Position numbers and translations under genes: made by a program | Assembly: GCF_018350175.1 (NCBI RefSeq) | Contig: NC_058368.1 | Coordinates: 194,372,001 to 194,436,000, forward strand | Direction: 5' to 3' | From: Felis catus | Taxonomy: Eukaryota | DNA: 64,000 nt | In this document: positions 11,925 through 24,399 of the stretch, one piece after another | Position numbering within the stretch: the first letter of the stretch is position 1 | Layout: each line of letters starts with the position of its first letter | Notes under the pieces: generated by a model | What the model saw: the letters and a program-made list of their open reading frames with translations, nothing else | Database searches by the model: none | What the model was told of the DNA's origin: nothing

Positions 11925-12590
11925 ATAAAATTAAACGTACTCATACCATACAATATAGCAGTCCTACTCCTTGGTTTTCACACAAATGAATTGAAAATTT
12001 GTGTGCACACAAAACCTGCCCGTGGATGTTTATAGCAGCTTTATCACTGATTGCCAAAACTTGGAAGCCACTAAGATGTCCTTCAGTAGGTGATAAACAA
12101 ACTGTGGTAACAACCACATAATGGAATATTATTCAGCAATAGCAAGATAGAAGCTATCGAGCCACGAAAACACATGCATCCCTTGGGTGCATATTATTAA
12201 GAGAAAGAAGTCAATCTGAAAAAGCTACATACTATATTGCAAACATAGTGCATGCTGAAAAAGATAAAACTATAGAGATAGAAAAAAGGTTGGTGGTTGC
12301 CAGGGCTTAGGAGAGAGAAAAGGAGGACTAGGCAGAGCACAGAGGGTTTTTAGCACAATGAAACTAGCCCATACACTAGAATGGTAAATACAGGTCTTTA
12401 AACATCTGTCAAAGTCCACAGAGTGCACATCGTGAGTGCGCCCTTATGTAAACCGTGGACACTGGGCAATAATAACGTGACCATGCTAATAATGTGTCAC
12501 ACACTGTAACAAATATACCACTGTGGTGGCAGATGTTGATAGAAGCAGAGGCTATACATATCTGGGGGGAAGGATAGGTGAGAACTCTCA
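11925..12590 (+). mobile_element. Old L1M ORF2 end and 3'UTR fragment
   Basis: ggatgtttatagcagctttatc...gccaaaacttggaagc...aatggaatattattcagcaat; 3'UTR ggtggttgccaggg. Confidence 0.75.
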
Positions 12591-13171
12591 GAGCTCCCTT
12601 TTCAGATGAGCTATACTTTGAATATTTACACATGTGATGAGTGTTTGGGGCTCCAAAGGCAGGTATGGTAGGGGGAAATGATTCCAACCCTGTGGGATCT
12701 GAGACTTTTCCTATATTTTCTAAGGAAACCATAGTTAAAGTTGAAGGAGGATTTAACGAAGCAGAGGGGCCATTCAACAAAGTATACAAAACTGGGTACA
12801 TTTTTCTCTAAATCTTATTTTATACTAATAGCAGGGTTTTAAAAACATTTGTATAGTGCTTCATCTATTATTTAGGTCTCCATTTTAAGTATAATTCTCC
12901 ATTCCTTTAAGGTGATTCCTAATTCTGGGTTGGGCTAGGAAAAGTACAAGAGGAGCCTGGAACAGCTTGTGACAGAAGGGGAAAGGTCAAGTACACGTAA
13001 GAATGAAGGAGTCAGTTCCAAGGAGCTATCACTGACCAAATTTGCAACAACTTGAACTCTAAGAAAAATGATGACAATGGATTAAAAAAAAATCTTTGGT
13101 CTGTAACAGCCCCTGAGAGAGGGAAAAGGGAAAACAAAATTCTTCTTTGTAAAAGACTGCCTGATAATCAC

Positions 13172-13173
13172 GA

Positions 13174-13224
<51 letters not shown>
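13172..13224 (+). repeat. (GAAA)n tetranucleotide microsatellite, about 13 units
   Basis: Direct reading. Confidence 0.95.
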
Positions 13225-13225
<1 letters not shown>

Positions 13226-13627
13226 GGAGGCATATTACCACTTTTCAACTTCCAATCTCCCAGCAAATCAGCTTAATGATGAAGTTCCTTAACGATGATT
13301 AAAACCTTTGGGTCAAAGCATATTTGGGGACAGAAGGCTCATACAACCTCCAAGTATTATCCCCCAAATAGTTTATACAACCAGAAAAATACATCATTTA
13401 TAGCTGAGATGCCTAGCAGTTGCCATGTTAATCAAGTGATCAAAGCTGGTATCACTAAGCGTTATCATCTGCCTCCTAAAATCTTCAAAAAGTCAACAAC
13501 CTGAAAAATAAAACATTTCATTTTAGGGGTACCATTCTCGATGACAAGAAACTAAAGAGAGAAAACAACCAAATGTAACCTTGGCTGGTTCCTGGATTAA
13601 AAAATAATGATATAAAAGCCATCCAAG

Positions 13628-13848
13628 GGGGCGCCTGGGTGGCGCAGTCGGTTAAGCGTCCGACTTCAGCCAGGTCACGATCTCGCGGTCCGTGAGTTCG
13701 AGCCCCGCGTCGGGCTCTGGGCTGATGGCTCAGAGCCTGGAGCCTGTTTCCGATTCTGTGTCTCCCTCTCTCTCTGCCCCTCCCCCGTTCATGCTCTGTC
13801 TCTCTCTGTCCCAAAAATAAATAAACATTAAAAAATAATTAAAAAAAA
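13628..13848 (+). mobile_element. Young Can-SINE (SINEC_Fc-type)
   Basis: GGGGCGCCTGGGTGGCGCAGTCGGTTAAGCG with CpGs intact; TSD AAAAGCCATCCAAG at 13614-13627 and 13849-13862. Confidence 0.97.
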
Positions 13849-15216
13849 AAAAGCCATCCAAGGATAACTTCAATATAAATAAATATTAGAAACTTGAATA
13901 TAAATAATGTTAGGCAATATTACAGATTTTTTTATTATCATTTCATTATTTCAATATTTCATTATTACATTAGCTTCATAGTTGTGTTAATGGTATTGTG
14001 GTTTATTGGAAAAGGTCATTTTTAGGTGATGCACACAGAAGAATTTAGGAGCAGAAGGTACAATTTTCAAATATTAATAACTGGTGAATAGACTGGAAGG
14101 ATGTTTGGATATACAATGAACTATTCTTTCAGCTTTTGTGCAGGTTCTGTTCAGAATTTAAGGAGAACAGGCAAGGAAAACTGAATTAAAATATGTTAAC
14201 TTTCCACAGAGAAGGAGGGAGGAAGGCAGAGAGGGAGAGAAAGAAAAGAAGAATTCCTGCAGAGTACTGTACTATGCTTCATCTCTCTTAAATCTCCCAA
14301 GGACCCTCAGGTGAGGGGCATATTATCACGTTCTCTGTTCCAGAGATGAAGAAACAAAAGAAAAACTCCAGATAACACAGCCTAGAGGGGACATAGCCAT
14401 GACTCAAAATTGGAGTCAGCTTAATTGTACATCTGAAATATCACAACTGACATTTCCATGTGGAAAAACTCTTTTTATTTTCCTCTTCCCTCAATTTCTT
14501 TTTGTGAAAACATGGGCACAAAGTCAAAGGTGAATAGCTGAATGGGGATAGAATAAAAGTCAACAAACCTTGATCATAACAGCTTCCCAGAATATATTCT
14601 TATACTTTCCAGTTTTGTGTATTTAGCAAAACCCTCAACAGCGGATATGGAGAAATGCTTTTGAACCCTGAGTGAAACACTGTTATTTTCCATTCCCATG
14701 ACGTTAAGTAGTGCTTCCATGGTGTGCAGAGATATTTCCAAAAGAGTTCAAAAAATTTACTGCTTGTAACATCCATCTTCTTTTGTAAATATGAATTCAT
14801 AGTGGCTAACTGGGAGGATTTATACAATTTGGGATGGATTCCCATTTTTGTTTAGGTTATGAAGGACAACGCCCTGTTCTATATGCAATATAAAAGTCTG
14901 AGCACTGGACATAGGTTTATGAAGCCTACATAAAAGTCACCATGCTCATGTGACACTAAGCAAGTTACTGCCTTTCCTTGGGCTATAAAAGGAAGAGGTT
15001 GAAATCTTAGATTCACTTTAGTGCTAATATCCTATGCATCTGAACCTCTAACATGCCTTTTAGTCTTGTATTGACCAACTCAGAATTCAGTGTGATACTG
15101 GTCTCAGTTTACATTTGTCCATGACATATTTAAATAAAGTACCCATTCATGTTACTTATCATTTTAGACAAGTTTCACTAAAACACAATTTTTTTGACCT
15201 GAAGTTGGCTCCAAGG

Positions 15217-15230
15217 CCACTAGATGGCAA
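15217..15230 (+). promoter_or_regulatory. Predicted CTCF motif
   Basis: (GG)CCACTAGATGGCAA, same 13-bp core as the 11722 site. Confidence 0.55.
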
Positions 15231-15717
15231 GCTTGCCCATTTTTCTTCCAAGATGTACAAAGCCCGGCTCCGTCAACATTTGCAGAATAGGCAGTACAAG
15301 TCAAATGCAGAGGGCTCAGCTATTTCCCCTCAGGGATTCACAATGCAATCAACCCACAGATAACTCAGTACCATCCACTTTATTTTTATAAATCAATAAT
15401 CAGCGGATAAAAATTCTCCCTTTATATCCAATATACAGCACTATCCTTTCAATTACAATTAAATGTTTAAATAATAATTGCCATTTAGAAAGAAAAATCA
15501 GTAGGGAAATCTAAGTGTCTGTGGTGTTCATCCTGTCTACAGGTCTTTAATTTCCTCCACTCGTAATGACTTACTGGTGAACTCTGAAGAGAGCCACAAG
15601 TCTCTTCCCCTTAAAGCCCTCCAGAGCTGGAAAACAGAGATGCTAACAGCACCAAGGGGCAGGTGAAAAAAAAACATTTAACCTGGGATGGAAGTTAGGT
15701 TAAAACCCTCTGCCACT

Positions 15718-15816
15718 GGGGTGCCTGGCTGGCTCACTCTGTACAGCATGCAACTGTTGATATCGGGGTTGTGAGTTTGAGTCCCATGTTGGATGTGAAG
15801 ATTACTTTCAAAAAAT
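15718..15816 (+). mobile_element. Short older Can-SINE lacking the CT tract
   Basis: GGGGTGCCTGGCTGGCTCA...GTGAGTTTGAGTCCCATGTTGG...AGATTACTT; flanks tctgccactgg / tctggcactgg. Confidence 0.8.
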
Positions 15817-16049
15817 CTGGCACTGGACACAATAGGAATACATACTTACCACAAGACTGAGCAGATTCAATCTCCTAAACCATAGCATTCTTCTCTGTAA
15901 AAGTGGGTGAAATTAGATACCTAACTTATTTCTCATAAAAATCCTGTAAGTTCTTAGAATAGGGTCTAGAAAAAAAAAAGTGCTCAAACAATTCCTACCG
16001 CTGTTCCTGCTGCTATTACTACTTAAAAATAAGTAAATAAGTAAGTTTA

Positions 16050-16252
16050 GGGAAGTCTGGGTGACTCGGTTGGTTGAGCATCTAACTTCAGCTCAGGTCA
16101 TGATCTCAGGGTTTATGAGCTCGAGCCCCGCGTCAGGCTCTCTGCTGTTGGCTCAGAGCCTGGAGCCTGCTTCCGATTCTGTGTCTCCCTATCTCTCTGC
16201 CCCTCCCCCATCCCCTCTCAAAAATAAGCAAACATTAAAAAATTTTAAAAAT
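16050..16252 (+). mobile_element. Can-SINE
   Basis: Head, B-box gagctcgagcccc, CT tract, A tail; aataagt-type flanks. Confidence 0.9.
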
Positions 16253-16297
16253 AAGTTTAATAATTATAAGTATGGTTACTGCTAATTATAGTATTAC

Positions 16298-16316
16298 TTT
16301 TTTATGTTTATTTATT

Positions 16317-16351
<35 letters not shown>

Positions 16352-16469
16352 AAGCAGGGGAGGGTCAGAGATAGAGGGAGACCCATAATCGGAAGCAGGC
16401 TCCAGGCTCCGAGCTATGAGCAGAGAGCCCAACGTGGGGCTCAAACTCACGAACTGCGAGATCATGACT
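16298..16469 (-). mobile_element. 5'-truncated Can-SINE
   Basis: T tail, (AG)n and body end at gagatcatgact; the A-box head is missing. Confidence 0.85.
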
Positions 16470-18069
16470 ATTGATTATGATTGACCTAATAACTATTTAA
16501 GTAGTACTAGGATGACAATTACTTTTTCTATATCAACCATCTCCTCTAAGCCTAACAGTCCTGAGTCATAAATATACTATTATTCACACCTAAGGATCAA
16601 CTAAAGTTCAGGCAAGTTTAGTAACTTGACCTAGTCACACAGCGTTAGGAGGCAGAGCTAGAATTCTAATATAAGATCTGGGACCATACAACCAGGACTT
16701 CAACCTATAGACCACAATTAAATGATAGGTCAGAAACCCTACTGTTTAGAGAAGACCAAGTGTATGACCTCTGTCTTATAGTCCTAGAGTTTCAGTGTCT
16801 CCTATAGGTGACACAGAATGTTAAGTGCACAACCGGTAACAGATATCTGGTCCCTTTACTCTTAATCCAATGTCCTCTATCTTATCCAGCAGTTCTTGGG
16901 AGTGTGCGAACTGATTTGACTATGAAACTCTTGCCAAACAGTATCTTCCATGCTCAATGTTCCATGAAACACACTTGTGGCCGAATTCCATATACCGACA
17001 CTTTTTCTAAAACAATTCTGAACTTTGTCAGTGTCACTAGCACAGTGACCACAGAATTCTGGGGTGATCATTGCTGGCATCACCAAGCCCTGCTGAACTA
17101 TTAAGTAAATAGAAATATGATGGTGATTTCATTCTATCCAACCTCTTTGAATGCAGCCTAGGAGGTAAGACAGAAAGCAATGTAAAGAACTTTGATGGAA
17201 AATAAATCTTAAGGGGGAAAAAAGCCAGTGAAAATAATGTGTTGGGCTAAGTGTTCAGCATTGGTGTTTGACTATTTAAAAATTCATTTAAAAGGTACTG
17301 AATCATTAAATTACAAATGCTCAGACAGGAAACCTGCTCAAGGTATTATTCACTCTTCTGAGAGGTGTTCTCTCAGGAAGCCAGAAAGATGCCATAGTCA
17401 ACATTTTCTTAAAACTGCCAGGAATCAGATTTGTCAAGTTATGTGAGTATCAGAAAATTTTCACAGTACACTTGTACAACCAAGAAGTGCATTTCAATTT
17501 AATCTAAATATTCTTGCTTAGAATTCTGAGTCTTCAGTGAAAATAGGAAACATTTCCATTTCTTTACTGTACACTTACTTCTATGTAGGTATCATCCGAT
17601 TTAGCCCTCTCAGCTCTTCTGCTCCTTTCCAACCTTGGTATAAACCATGGCCACATGTCATCTAGTCCTTGCTCTGTGTCATAGGCAGTAGACAGGGATC
17701 AGAAGCAATTAAAAGTTATTGCCATCTTTACTGGTGTTTCGTCAATAACGTCACACAAGGAGCTCCAATTTACGCTCCACAGAAACATTCCTTTCCCCTT
17801 CTTCACACTATTTTTCCTATACTCATACCTGCTCCAAAGCCTCTTTTCTGCCCCAATTCACCCTCAACCTCACTGAAACTCTTGCCAAATTAAGCTCCTT
17901 CATAACTCCATTCTTCTGCCCGTCTTTCTATTTCCAACATACCAGTTTCTTCTATCCCTGGTGGGTTTTCCCTCCCCTATTCACTCTTTATACTCAGTCT
18001 GCTTCACCTGTCGTATCTACCTCCTTTCCCAACACTCATTACTGGAATCAGGAAAAGCCCAGACACTGA

Positions 18070-19165
18070 GCCACCCAAGATGAAGGTCTGTGTTCCTGGC
18101 AAACAGTCTCTAAAACCTTGCAATTTCCTGTGATAAGAAGGATAAAGATGTCATTGGTTATGTTAATGAATGACTTTTGGAAAGTTCTTAGGTAACTAAG
18201 GTGGGAGCTGGCTGCCTGGAGAACTAGACCAGTGATGACAACATTAGAACACTGGAAATTATAGTGCCCACCCCCACCTCCTGGAAGGGGACAGGATGGA
18301 AGGTGAATCAATCACCAATGGCCAATGTAATCAATTCTGATTAGGTAATGAGGCCTCCATAAAAACCCAAAAGGACAGGGTTCAGAGAGTTCCTGGGTTG
18401 GTGAAGACGTGGAGGTGCTGAGAGAGTGGCATGCCTGGAAAAAGCATGGGAGCTCAGTGCCCTTTCTCCATGCCCAACCCTACACGTCTCTTTCCTGTGG
18501 CTGTTTCAGAGTTACATCCTGTAGCAAACCGGTGATCTAGTAAGTAAAATGTTTGAGTTCTGTGAGTAGCTGTAGCAAATTAATTGCATTGAGGAAAGGG
18601 TCTTGGAAACCTCAGATTTATAGTTAGACATATAGGAAACAGCCTCAACTTGTTATTGGCACCAGAAGTCCAAGGGGAAGATCATGGAAACCCCTCTAAT
18701 TTGTAGCAGGTCAGTCTGAAGCACAGGTAATACCCTGGGCTTGCAAATGGCATCTGAGAGGGTTTTTTTGGGGGGGGGGGCATGGAGGTGGGATTGAATA
18801 TCTACCTGTGGAATCTGATACTCTCTATGGGTAGTGTCAGAATTAAGTTGAATTGGAGGACAGCCAGGTGGTGTTCCAAGAATTGCTTGTTGGTGGGGTG
18901 CCTGGATGGCTCAGTCATTTAAGCATCTGACTCTTGATTTCAGCTCAGGTCATGATCTCACGGTTCATAAGTGCAAACCCAGCATCTGGCTCTGCGCCGA
19001 TAGAGTAGAGCCTGCCTGAAATTGTCTATTTCTCTCTCTGCCCTCCCCCCCCCTCAAAAATAAATAAACATTAAAAAAAAAAAAAAGAACTGCTTGTTGG
19101 TATAGGGAACCTCATCCCCAACCCCCACTCCTATGCACACCTTGTAATTGATACCAAAACCTATT
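18070..19165 (+). mobile_element. MER21-like LTR interrupted by a SINE
   Basis: ttcctggcaaacag...aaaaccttg; aatcaccaatggccaatg; cctccataaaaacccaaaaggacagggttcagagag; ggcatctgag resemble the MER21 family. Confidence 0.7.
18895..19084 (+). mobile_element. Can-SINE inside the MER21-like LTR
   Basis: TSD AAGAATTGCTTGTTGGT (18878-18894) / AAGAACTGCTTGTTGGT (19085-19101). Confidence 0.93.
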
Positions 19166-19344
19166 TCGGGGTAGATTGTTTAATACATATTATTCTATTG
19201 CTACTATAACAAAGAAAAGGATAGAGACGGCAATGGACTTGGCTTAGCTGCCCTTATGTCTCTTTGGATGGAAAAAGTAACATCAATTTGAAAATGCTTT
19301 CTCTATCTTTCCTTCTCCAAATGCAACATACTTCTCCACCAACA

Positions 19345-19553
19345 TTTTTTTTTAAGTTTATTTATTTATTTTGTAGAAAGAGAGCACATGTGCACAAGCA
19401 GGGGAGGAGCAGAGAGAAAGGGAGAGATAGAGAATCCCAAGCAGCTCCACATGGTCAGTGCAGAGCCCCAAACAGGGCTCCATCTCACAAATGGGGAGAT
19501 CATGACCTGAGCCAAAATCACGTCAGGTGCTTAACTGAGTCACCAGGCACTCC
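19345..19553 (-). mobile_element. Can-SINE
   Basis: T tail, AG tract, and gatcatgacctgagcc...gagtcaccaggcac (rc head). Confidence 0.88.
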
Positions 19554-22227
19554 CTCACAATCAACATTTCTTATCCTTTCTCATCCTCCTCCTCTCTCTT
19601 ACCTCCATGATGCCATTGTTTTTTAACCCCATTTCCTCCTCCTTCCTTTGTTCTACCTATTGCTCAGGCTTGCTTATGGTCCCCAAAGGCACAGCTAAGG
19701 ATGTTCAAGGTCCTGAGAAATAGACTGATGACTCATTCTCAAAAGGAGAAAGGAAGGAAAAAAAAAAGAAGGAAGGACAGAAGAAAGGATGGATCTTTTG
19801 GTAAATAGAGCTCATGGAGCCGTCAACATGCCAAAACCTGGCTTATGTTTTCATTGTTTCCAGAATACAGAAAATTTTTTGAACGAAAGAATGTTTTCTC
19901 AGTATTCAACTCTTTTTGCCAAGAAATGCATCCCTTGAGATTTGAAGCAAATGGGTTTACAAAACACAGTCTGAGTATCAGTATTCCATCCCACCCTGCA
20001 CAGTTGCCTAGTAACATCTAAGTGAGTATTACCAACTGTACTCTAAATCCATTTGGCCTGACCCACCTTCACAGTATCGTAACTCTGCTCCTAGGAGATT
20101 CAGACCTTGGGCTAGCAGTGCTGATCTGGTTTTAAATGACTTCTTTGCAAGTGAAGATGATAAAAAATGCTCACAGGGTGTAAAGAAAGCAAGTCATGAT
20201 CAGCTCAGGGAGATAAGGATAGGCTGAAGCAGTGTTGCCAAACTATCATTTAAACTGAGTTGGCAGCTTTATCTAAAGTGACTACCCTTTGAGAATTTAT
20301 AGAAAGAACTACTTTACACAAAACAACTTGCTCAAAAGAAAGTGAAGTTAGTGATCAGTGATTCTGACCTTATAGTTTACTCATGAGGAAATGGAAGTGC
20401 CGGCAGGAAAAGTGATGTGTCCAATAAGCATACAAAACGAAGACAGTGAGGACAGTAGAGCATAATGGTCTCTATTCCACTCCATGAACTTACTCAAAAC
20501 CATGCCTTGCAGCTTACTAGTGAGTGTTCTGGGAGGAAAGCAACAAAGCAAACAGGGTTTCTTGATCAAAGGATTTTAGGAAGGGTGGGAAAGACCAAGT
20601 TAAATGTCTTTGTTTATTGCTAGACCCCTCAGAATTCAGTACGTTAGTGTGTCCTATGAATCTCTAAATGACAATCTACTGGGTCTCTCCCGCACACTTA
20701 TTTGGCTACAGAACAAGCCTCCCTGCATCTTTTTAAATAACATCTTCTTGAACCAGTAACCCATGAAGTGTGTGTGCCTTGGAACGAGATACACAACAAC
20801 ATATTCCCCTTTTCATGGGATTGTCCAAACCTATCTGCCATTTCCAATCTGTCATACCAGGAAGAATTCTATGCACCAGACACTTTAGGAGGTCTGGTTT
20901 CTTGAGTGGTGGTTAGTGTGGTACCTACAAATACATGATCTCCCAATCTCCACTATAACATCCTTTCCCCCAGCTACCATCTTCTCTTGACTCATTTTAC
21001 CCCCTATAATCTAACTGCCTCTACTTTTGTTCCTCTGAAACATGTTCTCTACTCATTAGTCATTGTGGGATTTTCACCATCTACATCAGAGCAGTTACTC
21101 CCTGTATTCAAACCACTCCCCACGATGGTTTCCCAAGATATTCACTGGGTCTCTGAGGTTCAGTGATCAAACTGCTCCTTTTCTGACCTCATGTTCTACC
21201 TACCTTCCTTCCTTTTGTTCTCAATGCCACAATTAACTTGTCCTTTCTTTTCTTCCTTGATCATGATAAGCCTATTCCAGCATACAACCTCTGTTCTTAC
21301 TGGTGTTGGTCTACATCGCTCCATCCCCATATCATTAAGTGGCTGATCGGTTCTTTTCCTTCAGGCCTCTGTTCAGATGTAGCTTTCTTAGAATTTCTTT
21401 TTCTGATGTAATCTACTGTGTACCTCTATTTTGTTTTCTTCAAAGTACACACTATTATCTGAAATTATTTTTGTTCTCATCATTTTCTTTCTCATCTGTG
21501 TCCTCTACAAAAGCCCCAACTGTGTTATTTATCACTGAAATCTCAGTGCCTAGGATAATTTCTTGTACATAGTGGTATTCAATTAGTACTTCTTACATAA
21601 ATGAATACATACAATGACAACTCTTTGCCCTTCAGGTTTCCAGAACATGGGCACCCTGTCAAACCTGCACATAGTTTATTATGTTTACATGTCGTAAAAA
21701 AATATGTGCACATGTTAATATACAGGGATATTTTAACAATCACTTACTGGGTGTGAAACAATTTTGGATGAAAGGCTGAGCAAAGTTTTGCTACAATCCA
21801 AAATATTTTTCTTCTCAACCACTGTTGATGATCTCAGCTCAAAGTTATCAGAACACGTTCACTTGTGAACAAGAGACCTAGGAAGGCATAACTGACAGAA
21901 CAGTGTACTGCAGCTAAGCACGTGCCACTCACTTCACGTGACCTCAGGCAAGTTTCTTTTTTGCTCTGAGCCTCATTTTCCTTATTTCTGAAATACAAAA
22001 CTGGACTAAGTAATACTCAAGACCCACTGAAGCCTTCATATCCTGATTGATAAAGTCAGAGGTTTAGGACACAAATGGGCTTGATTATAATATCCAATGT
22101 TCTCTACCTTCTCAATGATCCACTCAACCTGTTTAAGCTCCAAGGAACAAAGTTACACTTCATCACAGTCACAACATAAATGAAGAAATTCCTAGGCTAA
22201 AATGGAGAATTAGCCAATAATTATAGA

Positions 22228-22447
22228 TTTTTTTTAATATTTATTTATTTCTGAGAGACAGAGAAAGAGAGACTAAGTGTGAGTTGGAGAAGGGGAGAGG
22301 GAAGGTGGGAGGGAAAGAGAATCTGAAGCAGGCTCCAGGCTCTCAGCTGTCAGCACAGAGCCCAATGCAGGGCTCAAACCCACAGACCGCAAGATCATGA
22401 CCTGAGCCAAAGTCGAACACCCAACCGACTTAGCCACCCAATACCCC
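22228..22447 (-). mobile_element. Can-SINE
   Basis: Complete reverse-complement SINE; flanks atagatttt / atagatctt. Confidence 0.9.
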
Positions 22448-22469
22448 TAGAATAGATCTTTTTTCACTA

Positions 22470-23170
22470 ATGCCAGTAATTACTGAGCACCTAGAACCAG
22501 GCACTATTCTGTTTTGACAGAGCTTATCTTACTCTGGTTGAGGAGACAGACAGTAAGGTACATAAGTAAAGACATAATAAATAGATAATGTTAGGTGCTG
22601 AGGATACAAAATAGAGCATGGAGATGGATTAAGAAGTGTCCTGGGCAAGATTAAAGTTTTAATAGGATGGTTGAGGTAGGCTTCAGTAAGACAATGATGG
22701 CAAGTGGGCCATGCAGAAGTCTGGAGAAGAGCACTCCAGATGGAGGAAACAGCAGGAATCATTGTCTTGAGGCAGGAACTTGCCCGGTATGCTCAACCAA
22801 CAGAGTGCTCACCACTGTGACTAAAGCACAATGAGCAAGAGAAAAAAGCAGTGAGGGTGAGCTAGATAGGGTAATGGGGGGGCCCTTGCAGTCATGATAA
22901 AGACATTGGCTTTTACTCTGAAGGAGATGCACAGCTACTGGAAGATTTCTAGCAGAGACTGGATTTTCACAGAATCAATTTATTGTAATGCAAATAGAAT
23001 GTGTATAAGCGTGTTTAGTAGGTGGCAAGGGTTAGAGAGAGCCCAATTAGAGGTTATTGTGGTAATTCATAAGAAATAATGGAAATGCAGTCCAAAATGG
23101 TCCAATTCTGGAAATAATTTAAAGGTAGAGAGAGGAGGATTTGCTAAGAAATCTGATGTGGGCTGCAAAG
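22470..23170 (-). mobile_element. L2 relic
   Basis: ttactgagcacctagaaccaggcact; ggcttttactctgaaggagatg; tttaaaggtagag...ggatttgct. Confidence 0.55.
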
Positions 23171-23423
23171 AGTTAGATTTCCCTTCAGTGACCCAGGACT
23201 AATTTCCAGAAATCTAGGGAGAAGCGGTTAATACTTGACCTATTTTATGATCTAATATCCCCTTCCATTCCAAATAATCCTATCACTTAATCAGAGTTGT
23301 GAGATTCTGACACAAGATGGTCTGGACTTATTTGTGGAAATTCTATAGAAGTGACAACTTTTCTGGAAATCCCATTGACTCCCATTCTAGGTTTCCAATA
23401 TGCGACAAACATATTTTTTGTCT

Positions 23424-23520
23424 TCTTTACCTCTGGGTCACATCTTTACCTCTGGGTCACATCATGTTCACAGTTCACCCTTCTTTACCTCTGGGTCACA
23501 TCATGTTCACAGTTCACCCT
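23424..23520. repeat. Tandem duplication: one 19-bp partial unit plus two perfect 39-bp units
   Basis: TCTTTACCTCTGGGTCACATCATGTTCACAGTTCACCCT at 23443-23481 and 23482-23520; its first 19 bp also at 23424-23442. Confidence 0.93.
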
Positions 23521-24399
23521 TGCTGGTCTTATATTTATGGTCATTAATTGAACAAACTTAAGTGTTATAGGCCTAATTCCTTGAAAGCAAAGGCAACAGT
23601 TTTTCCATTTCAAAAAAAAGATCGACATCTCTGTTCTACACATAAGAGTATGAAATAACCAATGTGCTGGGTTTTCCTTCTATCCAGGTAACCATGGATT
23701 AAGAAACAATACATAGCCAATACTTTCTGATCCAATACCACAAATACGTTTCCTAGAAAAAATGTAGAACTACTACTAAAAAAGCAAACCCCAAATAACA
23801 GCTCCCAAATCTGGTGGGTTAGGACAGTCATCGAGGTATTGTGCCAAGCATGTAAATCTGTATCCCCTGAGCTGGTGACTTGCAATCTCTGGCAGCAGGG
23901 CCCAAAATTATGCATGCATGATACATTTTCTTGGCGATTCTGATGTTCTCCCAATTTAGGAACTACTAGCTGCACAGCTCTGTGTTTACGGATCACTGCT
24001 AGGATTTTGTCGCTCCAATGAGAGCAATGACCTGGATTATTCTCACATTACCCATTTGCAGGCTGTTTTGGTCAAAAACATACTCCTGTACTTGTCCTAT
24101 TCATAGACTCCTTTACTGTTCCATACACCCCATTCTGGTTCTAGAATTACATTCAAGTGGAAAGACATTTGGTCTCCAAAGTGCCACAACAGACCCAGAA
24201 CGTTTTAAAATCCACTAACAGTAGGTGGACATGTGGGATCTTATTGGGGTGATGATAATGTTCTGATTTATGATGATAGGAATTTACAAGTTGATAAATT
24301 TACTTAAAAATCATTTTATTGTGTAAATGTTGTGAACTAAAATGGGTGAATTATATAAGTAAACTATGCCTTAATAATATTACATATTAGAAAAAGAGC

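Larger units (their letters stand above)
12895..14150 (+). mobile_element. Old L1MC/MD-type 3'UTR relics, interrupted by (GAAA)n and a SINE
   Basis: gggctaggaaaagtacaagaggagcctggaac; gttaatcaagtgatcaaag; aatggtattgtggttt. Confidence 0.5.

Noticed and set aside
13518..13814. ORFs of the type MGQRETEHERGRGRERGRHRIG (also near 31753 and 47758)
   Set aside because: Translations of Can-SINE sequence, a known source of spurious predicted proteins.
15842..15894. U1 snRNA start (ATACTTACC) or a 45-nt minus-strand exon
   Set aside because: The match to U1 stops after 9 nt. The acceptor lies in MIR-like sequence and the peptide is unrecognisable.
20376..20465. Short terminal exon FTHEEMEVPAGK...
   Set aside because: The sequence resembles a reverse MIR core (ttta...atgaggaaa...aagtga), so it is likely repeat-derived.
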